Below are positions 32,735 through 42,417 of a stretch of DNA of 64,000 nucleotides, piece by piece. Both the position numbers and the translations under genes were made by a program. Below the pieces are notes generated by a model that was not told where the DNA came from, did no database searches, and saw nothing but the letters and a program-made list of their open reading frames with translations. This DNA is from Deltaproteobacteria bacterium (lineage in GTDB: Bacteria; Desulfobacterota; Binatia; UBA1149; CAITLU01): the NCBI GenBank assembly GCA_016218925.1, contig JACRCR010000141.1, positions 23,760 to 87,759 on the forward strand, given 5' to 3'. Within the stretch, counting starts at the first letter, position 1. Every line of letters begins with the position of its first letter.

Positions 32735-33132
32735 GATTTCGACTCCGCCTCATATTTCGACGGGCAACTCGTCAGTACGGTGGTTGCCTCGAACGGCGCA
32801 GCGGCAGTGTACGGCCCTTCGACGACTACCTTCTTTTCCTCCGCGAACATGTCGGGAAGGAGACCATTGTAGTGGACGTCGATGTTGCCGGTCCCGTCCA
32901 CATCGGCGAGCGTGAAGCGCAGGTCGCTCGTGGTCGCATTCCACTGCATCGAGCCCGGGGCAACCCTGCCGGCGATTCGCACCGTGCTGCCGGCGTAGCT
33001 GTTGCCGACGTCCAGATACTCGGCCACGGTGATCATGTACATCTTGGTTTGGTCCACCGCGGTCCAGACCAAGAACCCTATCGTGGCGACGATTACCGCG
33101 ATGCCCGCAACGAACTTGAACTCTCTTCTCAT
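32731..33132 (-). CDS. ccmE: Heme chaperone CcmE, Cys variant (CxxxY instead of HxxxY)
   Basis: 133 aa. N-terminal TM anchor, OB-fold core (VRIAGRVAPGSMQ; DVHYNGLLPDMF; VVVEGP). The C-terminal heme-binding segment reads VLTSCPSKYEAE where canonical CcmE has VLAKHDENY. Confidence 0.85.
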   Translation of the reverse strand: MRREFKFVAGIAVIVATIGFLVWTAVDQTKMYMITVAEYLDVGNSYAGSTVRIAGRVAPGSMQWNATTSDLRFTLADVDGTGNIDVHYNGLLPDMFAEEKKVVVEGPYTAAAPFEATTVLTSCPSKYEAESKS

Positions 33133-33256
33133 GCCTTTGATGTCCAGCCCACCAGGGCCGCGAGCTTAACGCGGGCGGGGGAAGCGGACAACTCGCCTTC
33201 GCTCCGGTGGTCGACACTCGAGCGCGAGTCTCGGCGAGCGTACCGGCTGGTCCTGC

Positions 33257-33454
33257 TCACTGCTCGTCGGGCTCGCGTCCGGCGCGTTTGAGCAACTCGG
33301 CCGCGATCTCTTCTTCCCCGGCGGGTTCGCCCGGGACCGAGTAGTCGCCGTCCAGCCATTTCGCCAAGTCGAGCAACTTGCAGCGCTGCGAGCAGAACGG
33401 CGCGTAGCGCCTGTCCTCAGCGGCAACGGTTTGTTTGCAGGTGGGACAACGCAC
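33257..33454 (-). CDS. yacG: DNA gyrase inhibitor YacG (zinc-ribbon)
   Basis: 65 aa: MRCPTCKQTVAAEDRRYAPFCSQRCKLLDLAKWLDGDY... matches YacG (CPTCGK...PFCSKRCQLIDLGEW). Confidence 0.78.
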   Translation of the reverse strand: MRCPTCKQTVAAEDRRYAPFCSQRCKLLDLAKWLDGDYSVPGEPAGEEEIAAELLKRAGREPDEQ

Positions 33455-33487
33455 GGAAGAAAATCTCCGACGGTCGGCAGGTCTCCT

Positions 33488-34372
33488 TCAACGGGGCTGC
33501 GGATCGTCCTCGCGCTTGCGCGGGCGGCTTCCGTAGTCACCGAACGGATCGTCGCGCTCGCGTACGGCTTGCCGGAAGCCTACCTTCTGGGCTCGGCTGA
33601 CAAAGTTGTCGCCTTCCTGGGTGTGGCGCGCGATTCCATCGAAGAGCATACCCAAGGTGCGGCTCGAGGCCATTCCCATGTTCTCGACGGTTTGGTTGCA
33701 CAGAAGTTTGAGCATCACGAGCTGGTTGATCGGTACGCGTGCCATGCGTTCCGCGAACGCGGTTGCCGACTTCTCCAACTCGTCGTCATGGAAGGTCTGG
33801 AGGATCAGGCCGATGTCTACCGCGGTGGCGGCTGGAATTTCGTCACCCGTGAGGAGGTAGCGTTTGGCCTTCTCCAGGCCCATTCGGTAGACCCACATCG
33901 CAGTGGTCGGGGTCCCCCAGACCCGCGAAGGCGGGTACCCGAACGTCGCACTGTCGCCGGCGATGATGATGTCCGCGCACAGCACCATGTCGGTACCGCC
34001 TCCGATGCACCAACCCTGAACGGCTGCGATGGTCGGTTTTCGCGCGTACCAGAGCTTCATGTACGTATCGACGAAACGCCCGATCATGGCGACGTCGCCG
34101 ACCGAGTCCCAGGCGCGCCTCTCGCCTGAGGTGCTCGCGCTTTGCTCGCGCGCCTGGCCGCTCGTCGACCAGTCCAGGCCGTAGCCGGCGCAGAACGCCG
34201 GTCCTTCGGCTCTGAGCAGAATGACGTGAACGGTCTCGTCGCGGTCGGCCGCGTCGATCGCGGCGGCGAGCTCGTCGCGCAGGGCAGGCGTGATGGTGTT
34301 GTACTCGGCGGCCCTCGTGAGGACTATGTGTCCGACGCCGTTTCGGCAATAGGTCCGTAGCGTTTCGGCCAT
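33488..34372 (-). CDS. Enoyl-CoA hydratase/isomerase (crotonase) family protein
   Basis: Crotonase-fold motifs (ILLRAEGPAFCAGYGLD; AAVQGWCIGGGTDMVLCADIIIA). Start set at the internal Met (MAETLRTY) because the listed start at 34444 overlaps the tRNA. Confidence 0.8.
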   Translation of the reverse strand: MAETLRTYCRNGVGHIVLTRAAEYNTITPALRDELAAAIDAADRDETVHVILLRAEGPAFCAGYGLDWSTSGQAREQSASTSGERRAWDSVGDVAMIGRFVDTYMKLWYARKPTIAAVQGWCIGGGTDMVLCADIIIAGDSATFGYPPSRVWGTPTTAMWVYRMGLEKAKRYLLTGDEIPAATAVDIGLILQTFHDDELEKSATAFAERMARVPINQLVMLKLLCNQTVENMGMASSRTLGMLFDGIARHTQEGDNFVSRAQKVGFRQAVRERDDPFGDYGSRPRKREDDPQPR

Positions 34373-34381
34373 CATCGTACA

Positions 34382-34460
<79 letters not shown>

Positions 34461-34603
34461 ACCCGCATCCGGCGGCGATGATGGGCGACACCGCCGCGTT
34501 CGTCAACCGCGACTCGGGCTCGACGACCGATGCCGGCTGCGGGGCGGTGCTTCTCCGGGCCTCGTTTTGCCCAAGGACGGTCGCTTCTGATACGGAACCG
34601 GCC

Positions 34604-35068
34604 ATGAACCGCCGGCCGAGTTGGGACGAGTATTTCATGACGATCACTCGGGAAGTGGCCGAGCGTTCCACGTGCCTGAGGGCCAGAGTGGGAGCGGTCA
34701 TCGTCCGCGAGCGCAGCATCCTGGCAACAGGATACAATGGGTCTCCGGCCGGAATGCCCCACTGCCTCGACGTCGGCTGCGAGATCTACGAATCGCGAGA
34801 CCCCAGCGGCGAGGTGGTTCACAACTGCTTCCGGACCATCCACGCGGAGATCAACGCGATCGCGCAGGCTGCACGACACGGCACGGCGATCAACAAAGCC
34901 GACATCTACGTCACCCACACACCCTGCGTGCACTGCTTCAAGACCATCGTGAACACCGGAATCGGCAGGGTGTTCTACGAAAAGCCCTATAAGCTCGAGA
35001 CCATCGCGGAACTGCGCGAGCGTTCGGGAGTCGAGTTGCTGCAAGTAGTGCTGTCCGCCCGCGTCTGA
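34604..35068 (+). CDS. dCMP deaminase (ComEB-type cytidine/deoxycytidylate deaminase)
   Basis: Start at the internal Met (MNRRPSWDEYFM). Zinc-binding motifs HAEINAI and TPCVHCFKTI. Length ~154 aa. The listed upstream extension overlaps the tRNA on the other strand. Confidence 0.85.
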   Translation: MNRRPSWDEYFMTITREVAERSTCLRARVGAVIVRERSILATGYNGSPAGMPHCLDVGCEIYESRDPSGEVVHNCFRTIHAEINAIAQAARHGTAINKADIYVTHTPCVHCFKTIVNTGIGRVFYEKPYKLETIAELRERSGVELLQVVLSARV

Positions 35069-35071
35069 TCT

Positions 35072-37834
35072 TCAGAGTCCGAGCAGCGATCGCAGTTCCT
35101 TGCCGGTGTGGGAGGCGTCGCAGCGTGCCACCTCCAGCGGCGGACCGGCGACGACCAACCGCCCGCCCTTGTCGCCACCTTCCGGGCCGAGGTCGATCAG
35201 CCAGTCCGCATGCGAGAGAAAGTCGGTATGGTGTTCGACGACCAGCACCGAGTGCCCGCGCTGGACCAACCCGTCGAAGACGCCGATGAGAGTGTGCACG
35301 TCGTGGAGGTGCAGCCCGGTGGTGGGCTCGTCGAAGATGAACAGCGAACCCTTGCTACGCTTTTCTTCGGCAAGGAAACCGGACAGCTTGAGACGCTGGG
35401 CTTCGCCTCCCGAGAGCGTCGACGTGGCTTGTCCCAGCGCCAGGTAGCCCAACCCCACCGATTCCAGACAGGCCAGCTTGGCGATGATCGCCGACCGCTC
35501 GGAGAAGAATGCGATGCCTTCGGCAACCGTCATCGCAAGAACGTCGTTGATGTTCTTGTCCTTGTAGCGAACGTCGAGCACGGACGGCTTGAAACGACGA
35601 CCTTCGCACTCGTCGCAGGGCACCTCGATGTCCGCCATGAAGTGCATTTCGAGTACGGTCGTGCCGGTCCCCTGGCAGTGTTCGCAGCGTCCTCCCGGTG
35701 TGTTGAACGAGAAGGCGCCGGGGCTGATCTTGGCGCGCCGTGCCGCCGCCGTCTGCGCGAAGAGCTTGCGGATCTCGTCGTAGACCTTGAGATAGGTGGC
35801 CGGGTTGGAACGAAGCGAGCGTCCGATCGAGGCTTGGCTCATCATCAGAACGTCTTCGATGCGTTCGAGTCCGTCGACGCCGTCACAAGCGCCGGCGTCG
35901 TGACCGCCCATCCCGCGGGAGCGCAGCCAGTGCTCGTACAGTACCTGCTCGACGAGAGTGGACTTGCCGGACCCCGAGACTCCCGTCACGCAGACCAAGC
36001 GGCCGAGCGGGATTTCGAGCCGATCGAGCTCGAGGTTGTTCTCACGTGCCCCGCGGATCACCAGAACGCCACGGTCCAGGTTCCTCGCCGCGCGCTTCTC
36101 CTGGCGGTGTACAGTGCGGATCAGCAACAGGCGTCCGGTGGCGGATTCGTTCGTGGCGAGTCCCGATGGCTTGCCTTCGTAGAGAACATTGCCTCCGCCG
36201 GCTCCGCCGCCGGGTCCGAGGTCTATCACGTGGTCGGCGCCTTGAATGATGGTCGGATCGTGCTCGACCAGGGCGACCGTGTTGCCCATCCTGGTCAGAT
36301 GGCGCAGGACCTTGAGAAGCCGCCGTCCGTCACGCGGGTGGAGCCCTACCGTCGGTTCGTCGAGCGCGTAGAGGGTGTCGGTCAGCGCACTGCCCAGCGC
36401 CGACGCGAGGTGGATTCGCTGTGCTTCTCCGCCCGACAGGGTGCGAGCCTGTCGGTCGAGGGTCAGGTAACCGAGGCCTACTTCTTCCAGGTAGCCGAGC
36501 CTCGCGCGAATTTCTCGAAGCACGGAGGTACAGCGCGCTGCCGCCGCATCCGGTAAGTCGAGCTTGTGTATGAAGCGCGCCAGTCTGTCGATGCTCAACG
36601 AGGCCATCTCGGCGAGGTTCTTGCCGCCCACCCGCGCCGCCAGCGCTTCGGCCTTCAGACGGGCGCCGCCGCAACTCGGGCAGATGCGGTAGCTGCGATA
36701 CCGCGCAAGCAGGATGCGGACGTGCGTCTTGTAGCGACGCTCCTCGAGCCACGCGAAGAACCCCTTCACTCCAGGGCTTTCTCGGTCTCCTTCGAAGATC
36801 CAACGTTTGTCGTCTTCTCCGAGCTGCGAGAAGGGGACCTGCGTCGATATGCCGCGTCGCTCGCAGGTCTGCAGAAACTCCTGCTGGAAATCCGCGTAGG
36901 CCGGGGTGCTCCACGGCGCGACGGCCCCGTCGCGCAACGAAAGGCGCTTGTTGGCCACCACCTTGTCGCGGTCGATGTCGACCACGCGGCCGAATCCTTC
37001 GCAGCGCGGGCAGGCGCCCAGTGGACTGTTGAAGCTGAAGAGGTGAGGGGTCGGCGGAGCGTACTCGCGGCCGCAGCCCTTGCAGGCCAGGTAGGAGCGA
37101 AAGGTCCTCGTTGGGCGATCCGCGTCGACCGTCGTCGCGCGGACGCAGCCGCCTCCTAGTTGGAACCCGCGCGCGAGAGCCTCGCTGATGCGCGTGGCCT
37201 TCTCGGGGGCGATTGCGACACGGTCGACGATTACCTCGACGGTTCCACTGGCCAGCGCCTGCTCGCCGAGCTCCTCGAGAAGTACGGCCTCGCCGTCCAC
37301 GAGAAGCCGATTGTAGCCCTGTTTGAGAAGCGTCTGGCGAGCTTCTTCGGGATCGATGCCGTGCAGGTCGACCCGGGCGTGGAAGGCAACGCGAGTGCCG
37401 GCGGCTGTGGCGAGGAGTTCCTCGGTGGCAGCGGGGATCGAGTCAGCGGCTACCTCCCCTTTGCAGTCCACGCATCGGAGGGTCGCCGCGTGCGTCATCA
37501 ACAGGCGCAAGTACTCGTGGATCTCGGTAATCGTCCCGACGGTCGATCTCGCGTTCTTGATCGAATTCTTCTGTTCGAGCGCCAGCGCCGGCGGGATATC
37601 GCTGATCGAGTCGACATCGGGCCGCTGCATCTGTTCGAGAAACAGACGTGCGTAGGTCGATAGCGACTGCACGTAGCGTCGCTGCCCTTCCGCGTACAGC
37701 GTGTCGAAGACGAGCGAAGATTTTCCCGAACCGGAGACGCCGGTTACGACGGTGATCTTGCGCGCAGGGATCTGGCAACTGATCCCCTTCAGGTTGTGGG
37801 TACGCGCTCCGACGATCTTGATCGCCCGTTTCAC
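35072..37834 (-). CDS. uvrA: Excinuclease ABC subunit A
   Basis: 920 aa. Two ABC ATPase modules (GVSGSGKSSL x2; LSGGEAQR), zinc fingers (CPSCGGARL; CEHCQGTG). N-terminus MKRAIKIVGARTHNLK. Confidence 0.97.
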   Translation of the reverse strand: MKRAIKIVGARTHNLKGISCQIPARKITVVTGVSGSGKSSLVFDTLYAEGQRRYVQSLSTYARLFLEQMQRPDVDSISDIPPALALEQKNSIKNARSTVGTITEIHEYLRLLMTHAATLRCVDCKGEVAADSIPAATEELLATAAGTRVAFHARVDLHGIDPEEARQTLLKQGYNRLLVDGEAVLLEELGEQALASGTVEVIVDRVAIAPEKATRISEALARGFQLGGGCVRATTVDADRPTRTFRSYLACKGCGREYAPPTPHLFSFNSPLGACPRCEGFGRVVDIDRDKVVANKRLSLRDGAVAPWSTPAYADFQQEFLQTCERRGISTQVPFSQLGEDDKRWIFEGDRESPGVKGFFAWLEERRYKTHVRILLARYRSYRICPSCGGARLKAEALAARVGGKNLAEMASLSIDRLARFIHKLDLPDAAAARCTSVLREIRARLGYLEEVGLGYLTLDRQARTLSGGEAQRIHLASALGSALTDTLYALDEPTVGLHPRDGRRLLKVLRHLTRMGNTVALVEHDPTIIQGADHVIDLGPGGGAGGGNVLYEGKPSGLATNESATGRLLLIRTVHRQEKRAARNLDRGVLVIRGARENNLELDRLEIPLGRLVCVTGVSGSGKSTLVEQVLYEHWLRSRGMGGHDAGACDGVDGLERIEDVLMMSQASIGRSLRSNPATYLKVYDEIRKLFAQTAAARRAKISPGAFSFNTPGGRCEHCQGTGTTVLEMHFMADIEVPCDECEGRRFKPSVLDVRYKDKNINDVLAMTVAEGIAFFSERSAIIAKLACLESVGLGYLALGQATSTLSGGEAQRLKLSGFLAEEKRSKGSLFIFDEPTTGLHLHDVHTLIGVFDGLVQRGHSVLVVEHHTDFLSHADWLIDLGPEGGDKGGRLVVAGPPLEVARCDASHTGKELRSLLGL

Positions 37835-38053
37835 GAGTCGGTTCCTGGTTATGGCGGCCAGTCAGGGTCCATGGTCAGCTTCCGGGCCGCGCTGCGCATC
37901 GCCGCCGACCATAGGGAGGCGGTTTGGCCCCGGACAAAACGGCGACGCTATCACAGGAAAGGAGTCCGGCAACCCGGGGTTGAGGCGGCCGCGCGCCGTC
38001 TGCTAGGTTCTTGCGCGAATCCACGGCAAGATTCCGCGTCCGAGGTCGTCACG

Positions 38054-38791
38054 ATGAGCGCTCCGCACTGCGACGCTTCACTTCCCGCCCGCGCTACGGT
38101 TCCCGCTCTCGTGCTGCGGCCGGTGGGTTGGGACGACGTGGAAGGGTTGGTCTACGGGTTTGGCGACCGCTCGGTCGGTGCCCCGACCGGGACCTGGACC
38201 ATTCACCGCCAGGTGCACGGCGCCACACTGGTCGAACCAGACACGGCGGCGGTCGGCAACGACACCAGCCTTCCGTTCGAGGCGGATGCGTTGGTGCTGC
38301 GTCGGCCGGGGCTGGTGGGTGGCGTACGAACAGCAGACTGTGTGCCGCTTCTCCTGGTAGCCCCCGGCTGCGGTTGGGCGGCTGCGGTGCACGCCGGCTG
38401 GCGCGGCACCATCGCCGGTATCGCCACCGCCGCGGTCGATCGAGCTCGGCGCGACGGCGTCGACGTCGCCGGACTGAGGGCGGCCCTCGGGCCCAGCATA
38501 GGTGGGTGCTGCTACGAGGTTTCGCGCGAGATAGCCGAGAGATTCTCCGGCGCCGGCCTGCCGGTGCTCTTGGCTTCGGAACAGGCCGGCGGGACGCGTC
38601 TGGACCTTCGGGCGATCAACGCCGTGCTGCTCGAACGCGCGGGCTTGCCGGCGAAGTCGATCCAGCACTGCGGCCCTTGCACGCGTTGCGCCTGCGATCG
38701 CTACCACTCCTTTCGAGCCGACCCGCAGCAGGCCGGCCGCCAGCTCAGCTGGATCGGGTGGGAGGACCGAACGCCGCCTCCGGATCGCTGA
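38054..38791 (+). CDS. pgeF: Purine nucleoside phosphorylase/laccase-domain protein PgeF (YfiH, DUF152)
   Basis: Conserved YfiH core VRTADCVPLLLVAPGCGWAAAVHAGWRGTIAGIATAAVD and C-terminal HCGPCTRCACDRYHSFR. Start set at the internal ATG 38054. Confidence 0.8.
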   Translation: MSAPHCDASLPARATVPALVLRPVGWDDVEGLVYGFGDRSVGAPTGTWTIHRQVHGATLVEPDTAAVGNDTSLPFEADALVLRRPGLVGGVRTADCVPLLLVAPGCGWAAAVHAGWRGTIAGIATAAVDRARRDGVDVAGLRAALGPSIGGCCYEVSREIAERFSGAGLPVLLASEQAGGTRLDLRAINAVLLERAGLPAKSIQHCGPCTRCACDRYHSFRADPQQAGRQLSWIGWEDRTPPPDR

Positions 38792-39596
38792 TGCTCGCGA
38801 CCACGGTGCGCGCCATCTTCGAAGCCTGGTAGCCGTCGATCATCCGGTGGTCGAAGCTGGCACCGATGTTCAGGATCGGGGCGATCACCAACGCGCCGTC
38901 CTCGACCGCTGGTCGATCTGTCACCTCCCCGACCAGCAGCACTATCGGTGTCCGACTCACCGGAACCAGCGGAGCCAGCGCGGTACCGACCCCGAAACTT
39001 CCGATGTTGGAGACCATCGCACCTCCGAACTGGTCGAAAGCGATCCCGAACGCGCTCAGGTCGAGCCTCAGATCGTAGCTCAGCAAGCCGGAGGCCTTTA
39101 CGAGCAGTCCAAGTAGTCGGTCTGGAACGCGCGCGAGGGTCTTCTTGGTCGCTTCCGAGCCTCGGTCGCGTCCTTCGCGAACGGCGGCCACCGCTGCGAC
39201 CAGTTCATCCGCCACCGCGACCACCGACTTGCGGTCCACGCCGGTGACCTTGACTCCCGACAGATCCTTGCCGCCGTCTGTTGCCACCTGGCAGTAGACG
39301 TCCACACTGTCGCGCAGATAGATCCGCCCCATGGCGATGATTCCGTTGGCTTCGGGGGTTTCGGCCAGTGCCTTGGCGATGCCCTTGACGACCAGGTGGG
39401 TGACGGTCACGCGCGTATGGCCCGGTTCGCGGTTGATGGCCTCGAGGTAGGCCAGCGCCCGTCGCATGTTGACGTCGAGCAGGCCGTATACGGTCGGGTC
39501 GGCGGGTTTCCTCCAGACATGCAATGAGAGACGACGCCACGAGGAGAGGTGGCGGGCGGGCGTGAATCGTTGTCGCTGGGTAGGCACGAATGTCAC
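38745..39596 (-). CDS. Stand-alone 2-oxoacid dehydrogenase acyltransferase (E2) catalytic-domain protein; start uncertain
   Basis: C-terminal catalytic motif SFDHRMIDGYQASKMARTVVASISDPEA (DHRxxDG), with the upstream domain body aligning to E2 catalytic domains. No lipoyl or E3-binding domains. The listed ORF N-terminus (to 39998) is low-complexity and overlaps a + strand ORF; a GTG at ~39596 is proposed. Confidence 0.55.
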   Translation of the reverse strand: MTFVPTQRQRFTPARHLSSWRRLSLHVWRKPADPTVYGLLDVNMRRALAYLEAINREPGHTRVTVTHLVVKGIAKALAETPEANGIIAMGRIYLRDSVDVYCQVATDGGKDLSGVKVTGVDRKSVVAVADELVAAVAAVREGRDRGSEATKKTLARVPDRLLGLLVKASGLLSYDLRLDLSAFGIAFDQFGGAMVSNIGSFGVGTALAPLVPVSRTPIVLLVGEVTDRPAVEDGALVIAPILNIGASFDHRMIDGYQASKMARTVVASISDPEAAFGPPTRSS

Positions 39597-39724
39597 GTGA
39601 GGCTCGGCATCGGGTGGGATCGTACGAGCGGCTTGGTGTATAAGAGCGACGTTCAGAGGCAAGGACGGCGAGAGCCGGGCGATCGGTATAGACCGGCTGC
39701 CCACCGCCGCCGAGGGAAGAGGAC

Positions 39725-40024
39725 ATGAAAGCTCGCCGTATTTGTCAGTTCGAGCGCCGCCTGGTCGCAGTTTCTCTGATCGGTATGCTGCTGGCGGCCC
39801 CGGCGCTGGCACGCGCGGCAGAGTACACCAACGAGGACAGCAATCCGTTCCGGATCGTCTACTACTTGATCTACCCGTTCGGGAAGGCTCTGGAATACAC
39901 CGTCGCCCGTCCTCTGCACGCGGCCTCCTGGTACGTCGCGCCGTTCCACCACATCGACGAAAAGCGTCCCAATAGTTGCTCGCGAGAACGCCCGGCACGC
40001 AACTGTACCCGTACGATCCATTGA
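39725..40024 (+). CDS. Small putative secreted protein, 99 aa
   Basis: N-terminal signal peptide-like MKARRICQFERRLVAVSLIGMLLAAPALARAAEY. No family recognised. Lies in the gap between the E2-like gene and the helicase. Confidence 0.3.
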   Translation: MKARRICQFERRLVAVSLIGMLLAAPALARAAEYTNEDSNPFRIVYYLIYPFGKALEYTVARPLHAASWYVAPFHHIDEKRPNSCSRERPARNCTRTIH

Positions 40025-40056
40025 TTTGATCGACGGGGATATTTCCGACGCAGCAC

Positions 40057-42348
40057 TCAGCGCGCGACGACGTCCAATCGCGCCAGCGCCGCCATCAGTT
40101 TCTTGATCCCGAAGCGCTGAAACTGGACGATCAATTTTTCCGCCTCCCCGCTACCGTCAGATTCCCGCACCGTACCCACGCCGAACATCGGGTGCACGAC
40201 CCGCATCCCCGGCTTATAGCGACCGGCGCAGGGAGTGGTCTGCGCTGCTCGTGGCGCGCCCGGTCGCGCCGCCGGCGACCGCACGACCGCAGATCGCGGC
40301 GGATGATCCCCGGATTCCGGCCACGTGTCACCGAAATCGTCCGGCGGGTGCACCGCGCCGCCGCGGTGTCGCGCCGCGCCTTCTTCGCGCGCGAGCGGTC
40401 GTTCGGCTTCGTGCACGCTGCGTTCGTGCTGGAGCAAGGCGGCCGGAATCTCGTCGATGAAGCGCGAGGCGAAGTTGAATTGGGTGGCACCGAACACATG
40501 GCGCCGCCGCGCCCTGGTCAGCACCAGCCGTTCTCGCGCTCGCGTCAGCCCGACGTAGCAGAGCCTGCGCTCTTCCTCGATCCCGTGGCCGTCGTCGTTC
40601 ACCGAACGCGAGTGGGGGAAGATCCCCTCTTCCATTCCGACCAGGAAAACGTGGCCGAACTCCAGGCCCTTGGCGGTGTGGACCGTCATCAGGGTGACGG
40701 CTTGGGCACGGCTCTCGTACTGATCGATGTCGGAGGCCAGGGCGAGGCGCTCCAGGAAAGCGGCCAGCGGTCGCGGGCCCTCTTCGCGGTCCTGCGCGGG
40801 CAACCCGGCGAACTCCTCGTCGAAGAGCTGGGCGACGGTGACCAGCTCCTTTACGTTCTCGGTACGCCCGACCGGGTCGTCGTCGGGGCGGCTCTCCAGG
40901 AATGCGATGTAGCCGGTGTCCTCGAGGATGCGCAGCAACAGCGCGGCCACACCGGGGAAAACGCCGTCGAGCCAGCCACGGGCCGCAACACGGAAGGTCA
41001 GGAGTCGCGCGCGCGCAGCGGTGCCGAGCGTGGCCAGCGCATCCTCTTGTGCCAGCGTTTCCCACGCGGACACGCCTCGGGTTGCGGCCGCGGTCTTGAC
41101 TCGTTCCCAGGTGGTGCGCCCGATGCCGCGCGCCGGCACGTTGACCACCCTTTCCAGGCTGAGGTCGTCGGCCGGATTGTGAATGAAGCGAAGGTAACCG
41201 AGCAGGTCGCGCACCTCGCGGCGCTCGTAGAAACGCGTACCTCCGACGATCACGTACGGGATGCGGCTGCGCACCAGCTCTTCTTCCAACGCCCGCGATT
41301 GGGCGTTGGTCCGGTAGAAAACCGCCGCTCGCCCCCGCGCCTTTCCGAGCGCGGCCAGGCCCGCGACCACGTAGCGTGCTTCGTCCTTCTCGTCGACTGC
41401 GTGATAGACGGCGATCTTGGCGCCGGGAGCATTCGACGTCCACATCGTCTTGGCGTGGCGGCCTTCGTTGTTCGCGATGACGGCCGCAGCGGCGTCGATG
41501 ATATTGCGCGTGGAGCGATAGTTCTCCTCCAGACGCACGACCGTCGCGCCGGGGAAGTCTCGTTCGAATTCGAGGATGTTGCGCGGGTCGGCGCCGCGCC
41601 ATCCGTAGATCGATTGGTCGTCGTCACCGACCACGCACAGGTTATGGTGACTGGCCGCGAGCAGCCTGACCATCTGGTATTGCGCGTGGTTGGTGTCCTG
41701 GTACTCGTCGACGTGGAGAAACCGCAGCCGCGATTGGTATGTCGCGAGGATCTCCGGGTGAAGACGGAACAGACGCAGAACGCCCACGATCAAATCGCCG
41801 AAGTCCACGGCGTCGAGCTTCAGCAGGCGCTGCTGGTAGGTCGCGTAGAGCTTTGCCGCCTCGACCTCGAACGCCGAATCGGCTTTCTCGATCATGTCTG
41901 CGGGCGAACTGGCCTCGTTCTTGGCGGCGTCGATGAACGCCCGCACCGCTTCGGCGCGGAAGCGGCTCTCGTCGAGGTTGGCCGACGCGACGATGTCCTT
42001 GAGCAAACGGATCTGGTCGTCGGTATCGAAGATCGTGAACGAAGCGGAATATCCCAGGACGCTGCCGTGACGGCGCAGCAGGCGGGCGCCGATGCCGTGG
42101 AAGGTTCCCACCCACAGATCGCCGGCGACGGGGCCGACCAGACTGCGGCAACGCTCGACCAATTCCTTGGCCGCCTTGTTGGTGAACGTGACCGCGAGAA
42201 TCTCTTCGGGCCGCGCCGATTCATCCTCGAGGAGACGCGCAATGCGATGGACGAGTACGCGCGTCTTTCCGCTACCGGCCCCCGCGAGCACCAACAAGGG
42301 GCCTTCGGTGTGGCCTACGGCCTCGAGTTGGCGTGCGTTGAGAGTCAT
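40057..42348 (-). CDS. ATP-dependent DNA helicase, UvrD/PcrA/Rep family
   Basis: Start at MTLNARQLEAVGHTEGPLLVLAGAGSGKTRVL (Walker A). Helicase motifs throughout (TFTNKAAKEL; VDEYQDTNHAQY). C-terminal Tudor-like segment (MRVVHPMFGVGTV). The listed 268-aa N-terminal extension to 43149 is antisense to rlmE and is rejected. Confidence 0.92.
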   Translation of the reverse strand: MTLNARQLEAVGHTEGPLLVLAGAGSGKTRVLVHRIARLLEDESARPEEILAVTFTNKAAKELVERCRSLVGPVAGDLWVGTFHGIGARLLRRHGSVLGYSASFTIFDTDDQIRLLKDIVASANLDESRFRAEAVRAFIDAAKNEASSPADMIEKADSAFEVEAAKLYATYQQRLLKLDAVDFGDLIVGVLRLFRLHPEILATYQSRLRFLHVDEYQDTNHAQYQMVRLLAASHHNLCVVGDDDQSIYGWRGADPRNILEFERDFPGATVVRLEENYRSTRNIIDAAAAVIANNEGRHAKTMWTSNAPGAKIAVYHAVDEKDEARYVVAGLAALGKARGRAAVFYRTNAQSRALEEELVRSRIPYVIVGGTRFYERREVRDLLGYLRFIHNPADDLSLERVVNVPARGIGRTTWERVKTAAATRGVSAWETLAQEDALATLGTAARARLLTFRVAARGWLDGVFPGVAALLLRILEDTGYIAFLESRPDDDPVGRTENVKELVTVAQLFDEEFAGLPAQDREEGPRPLAAFLERLALASDIDQYESRAQAVTLMTVHTAKGLEFGHVFLVGMEEGIFPHSRSVNDDGHGIEEERRLCYVGLTRARERLVLTRARRRHVFGATQFNFASRFIDEIPAALLQHERSVHEAERPLAREEGAARHRGGAVHPPDDFGDTWPESGDHPPRSAVVRSPAARPGAPRAAQTTPCAGRYKPGMRVVHPMFGVGTVRESDGSGEAEKLIVQFQRFGIKKLMAALARLDVVAR

Positions 42349-42417
42349 GGCGGAAGCTGCGATGGTGCCCGAGCGAACCGGGGCGGGCAACCGCGACCGA
42401 GTGCGGGCAGACGACGC

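Noticed and set aside
37835-38053. Search for a LexA/SOS box in the uvrA-pgeF divergent promoter region
   Set aside because: None of the common LexA-box families (CTGT-N8-ACAG, CGAAC-N4-GTTCG, GTTC-N7-GTTC, GTTCAG-type) found by eye. No claim made.
40192-42417. First ~740 codons of the 940-aa + strand ORF
   Set aside because: Antisense to the helicase. Only the last 198 codons (from GTG 42418) match RlmE.
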